Source: Octopus vulgaris | Taxonomy: Eukaryota | Direction: 5' to 3' | Assembly (NCBI GenBank): GCA_951406725.2 | Contig: OX597843.1 | Location: 14,508,001-14,572,000, forward strand | Length of the DNA: 64,000 bases | In this document: one piece after another, positions 62,912 to 64,000 of the stretch | How the letters are laid out: each line of letters opens with the position of its first letter | How positions within the stretch are numbered: position 1 is the first letter of the stretch | Notes under the pieces: generated by a model | Databases searched by the model: none | Told to the model about the DNA's origin: nothing | What the model saw: the letters and a program-made list of their open reading frames with translations, nothing else | Position numbers and translations under genes: made by a program

Positions 62912-63028
62912 AGCTCTGTCTTTCATTGAAGACTACATAAGGAATGAAGTGTTACCAGAGTATGGAAATACTCACACTACCACCAGCATAACCTCCCTGC
63001 AGACCACTTTGTATCGACACGAAGCAAG
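62912..63028 (+). CDS. Cysteine desulfurase-like gene, coding exon 3 (117 nt)
   Basis: Hand-translated: (R)ALSFIEDYIRNEVLPEYGNTHTTTSITSLQTTLYRHEA(R); TTCCAG| acceptor, AG|GTAAGT donor. YGNTH corresponds to the Y(A/G)N.H motif of SufS-like enzymes. Gene continues beyond the window. Confidence 0.88.
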
Positions 63029-63320
63029 GTAAGTTAATGGCACCACCGTCTTGGAGAATCAATCACTTTCCAAATTTACTGAGAATTGTAGAACATTGAT
63101 GAAATGGAAATTATAATTTTTATGGGTTTTTTATTATTATTAATGAAAGCATTGTTTTCTTTACATTTATCATCATCATCATCATCATCATCATTTAATG
63201 TCTGTTTTCCATGCTGGTATGGGTTGGCCTGTTTTGCAGAAGCTGGTTAGACAGGAGACTGCACCAGGCTTCTCTGTCTGTTTTAGCAGGTTTTTTATGG
63301 TTGGATGCCCTTCCTAATAC

Positions 63321-63552
63321 CTATTTCTTTATTACCCACAAGGAGCCAAACACATAGGGGACAAACAAGGACTGATATAGGTATTAAGTCAATTACATCG
63401 ACCCCAGTGCGTAACTGGTACTTAATTTATCGACCCCGAAAGGATGAAAGGCAAAGTTGACCTCGGCGGAATTTGAACTCACAACGTAATGACAGACGAA
63501 ATAAGGCTACGCATTTCGCCCGGCGTGCTAACGTTTCTGCCAGCTCACCGCC
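63321..63552 (-). mobile_element. Full-length SINE family B with TSD, nested in another retroposon
   Basis: TSD CTTCCTAATAC on both sides. Confidence 0.88.
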
Positions 63553-64000
63553 CTTCCTAATACCAACCACATCGCAGAGTGGATTGAGTGCTTTCTATGT
63601 GCCACCAGCACCATATTTTACTGATATTTGAGCTGCCTTTTTCTTCGTTTTTAAATGTATTAAAAAATTGCTCTCCATTTAATGTGACCATATTGCGGAT
63701 TGGTGACTGAGCACCCTGGACTAAGGAGCTGGATTGGCTTAAGTCTGCTTGGCTCTGTAATTGTTGCTGATCATAAGATGTTGGACACAAAGCCAAAATA
63801 TCATTGTCAAAGTGCTGACCACTTGGAGCTTGTGGAAGAGGAGAATTCAGGAAGACATGGGGCAAAGTATTGAAGGAAGGCTGATCTCAAAACACTGAGC
63901 CTTATGAAAAGGAAATGATTAAGGACCGAGATATCTGGGGCATTGGCTATACTCAAGAAGGCCCATCTGCCACAGCAGAATCGATACCAGTGCGGGAGCT

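Overview
Repeat-dense, AT-rich animal genomic DNA. The SINE families and extreme microsatellite load point to a coleoid cephalopod, probably Octopus (inference). Genes: (1) a complete ADCK1 (aarF/UbiB atypical kinase) on the - strand, 7 coding exons at 46691->32025, 506 aa, all introns phase 0 with GT-AG sites; (2) the first three exons of a divergently transcribed class-V aminotransferase/cysteine-desulfurase-like gene on the + strand (56273, 61221, 62912), running off the window; (3) two low-confidence + strand exons (1930, 27166) of an unidentified gene. The largest structure is a ~13.7 kb array of a 107-bp hairpin-containing repeat (7921-21635). It has higher-order block duplications, a young Helitron insertion, and a short inverted 'seed' copy with a shared unique flank inside an ADCK1 intron. 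The rest is tRNA-derived SINEs (some as head-to-tail multimers with a fixed junction), RTE and CR1 LINE fragments, mariner/hAT/piggyBac-type MITEs, a solo LTR, and fold-back Penelope-like fragments inside (AT)n tracts, one with an intact hammerhead-ribozyme core. No CRISPR array, rRNA or genuine tRNA gene was found. All alignments were done by eye; repeat boundaries without TSD/TIR support are approximate.
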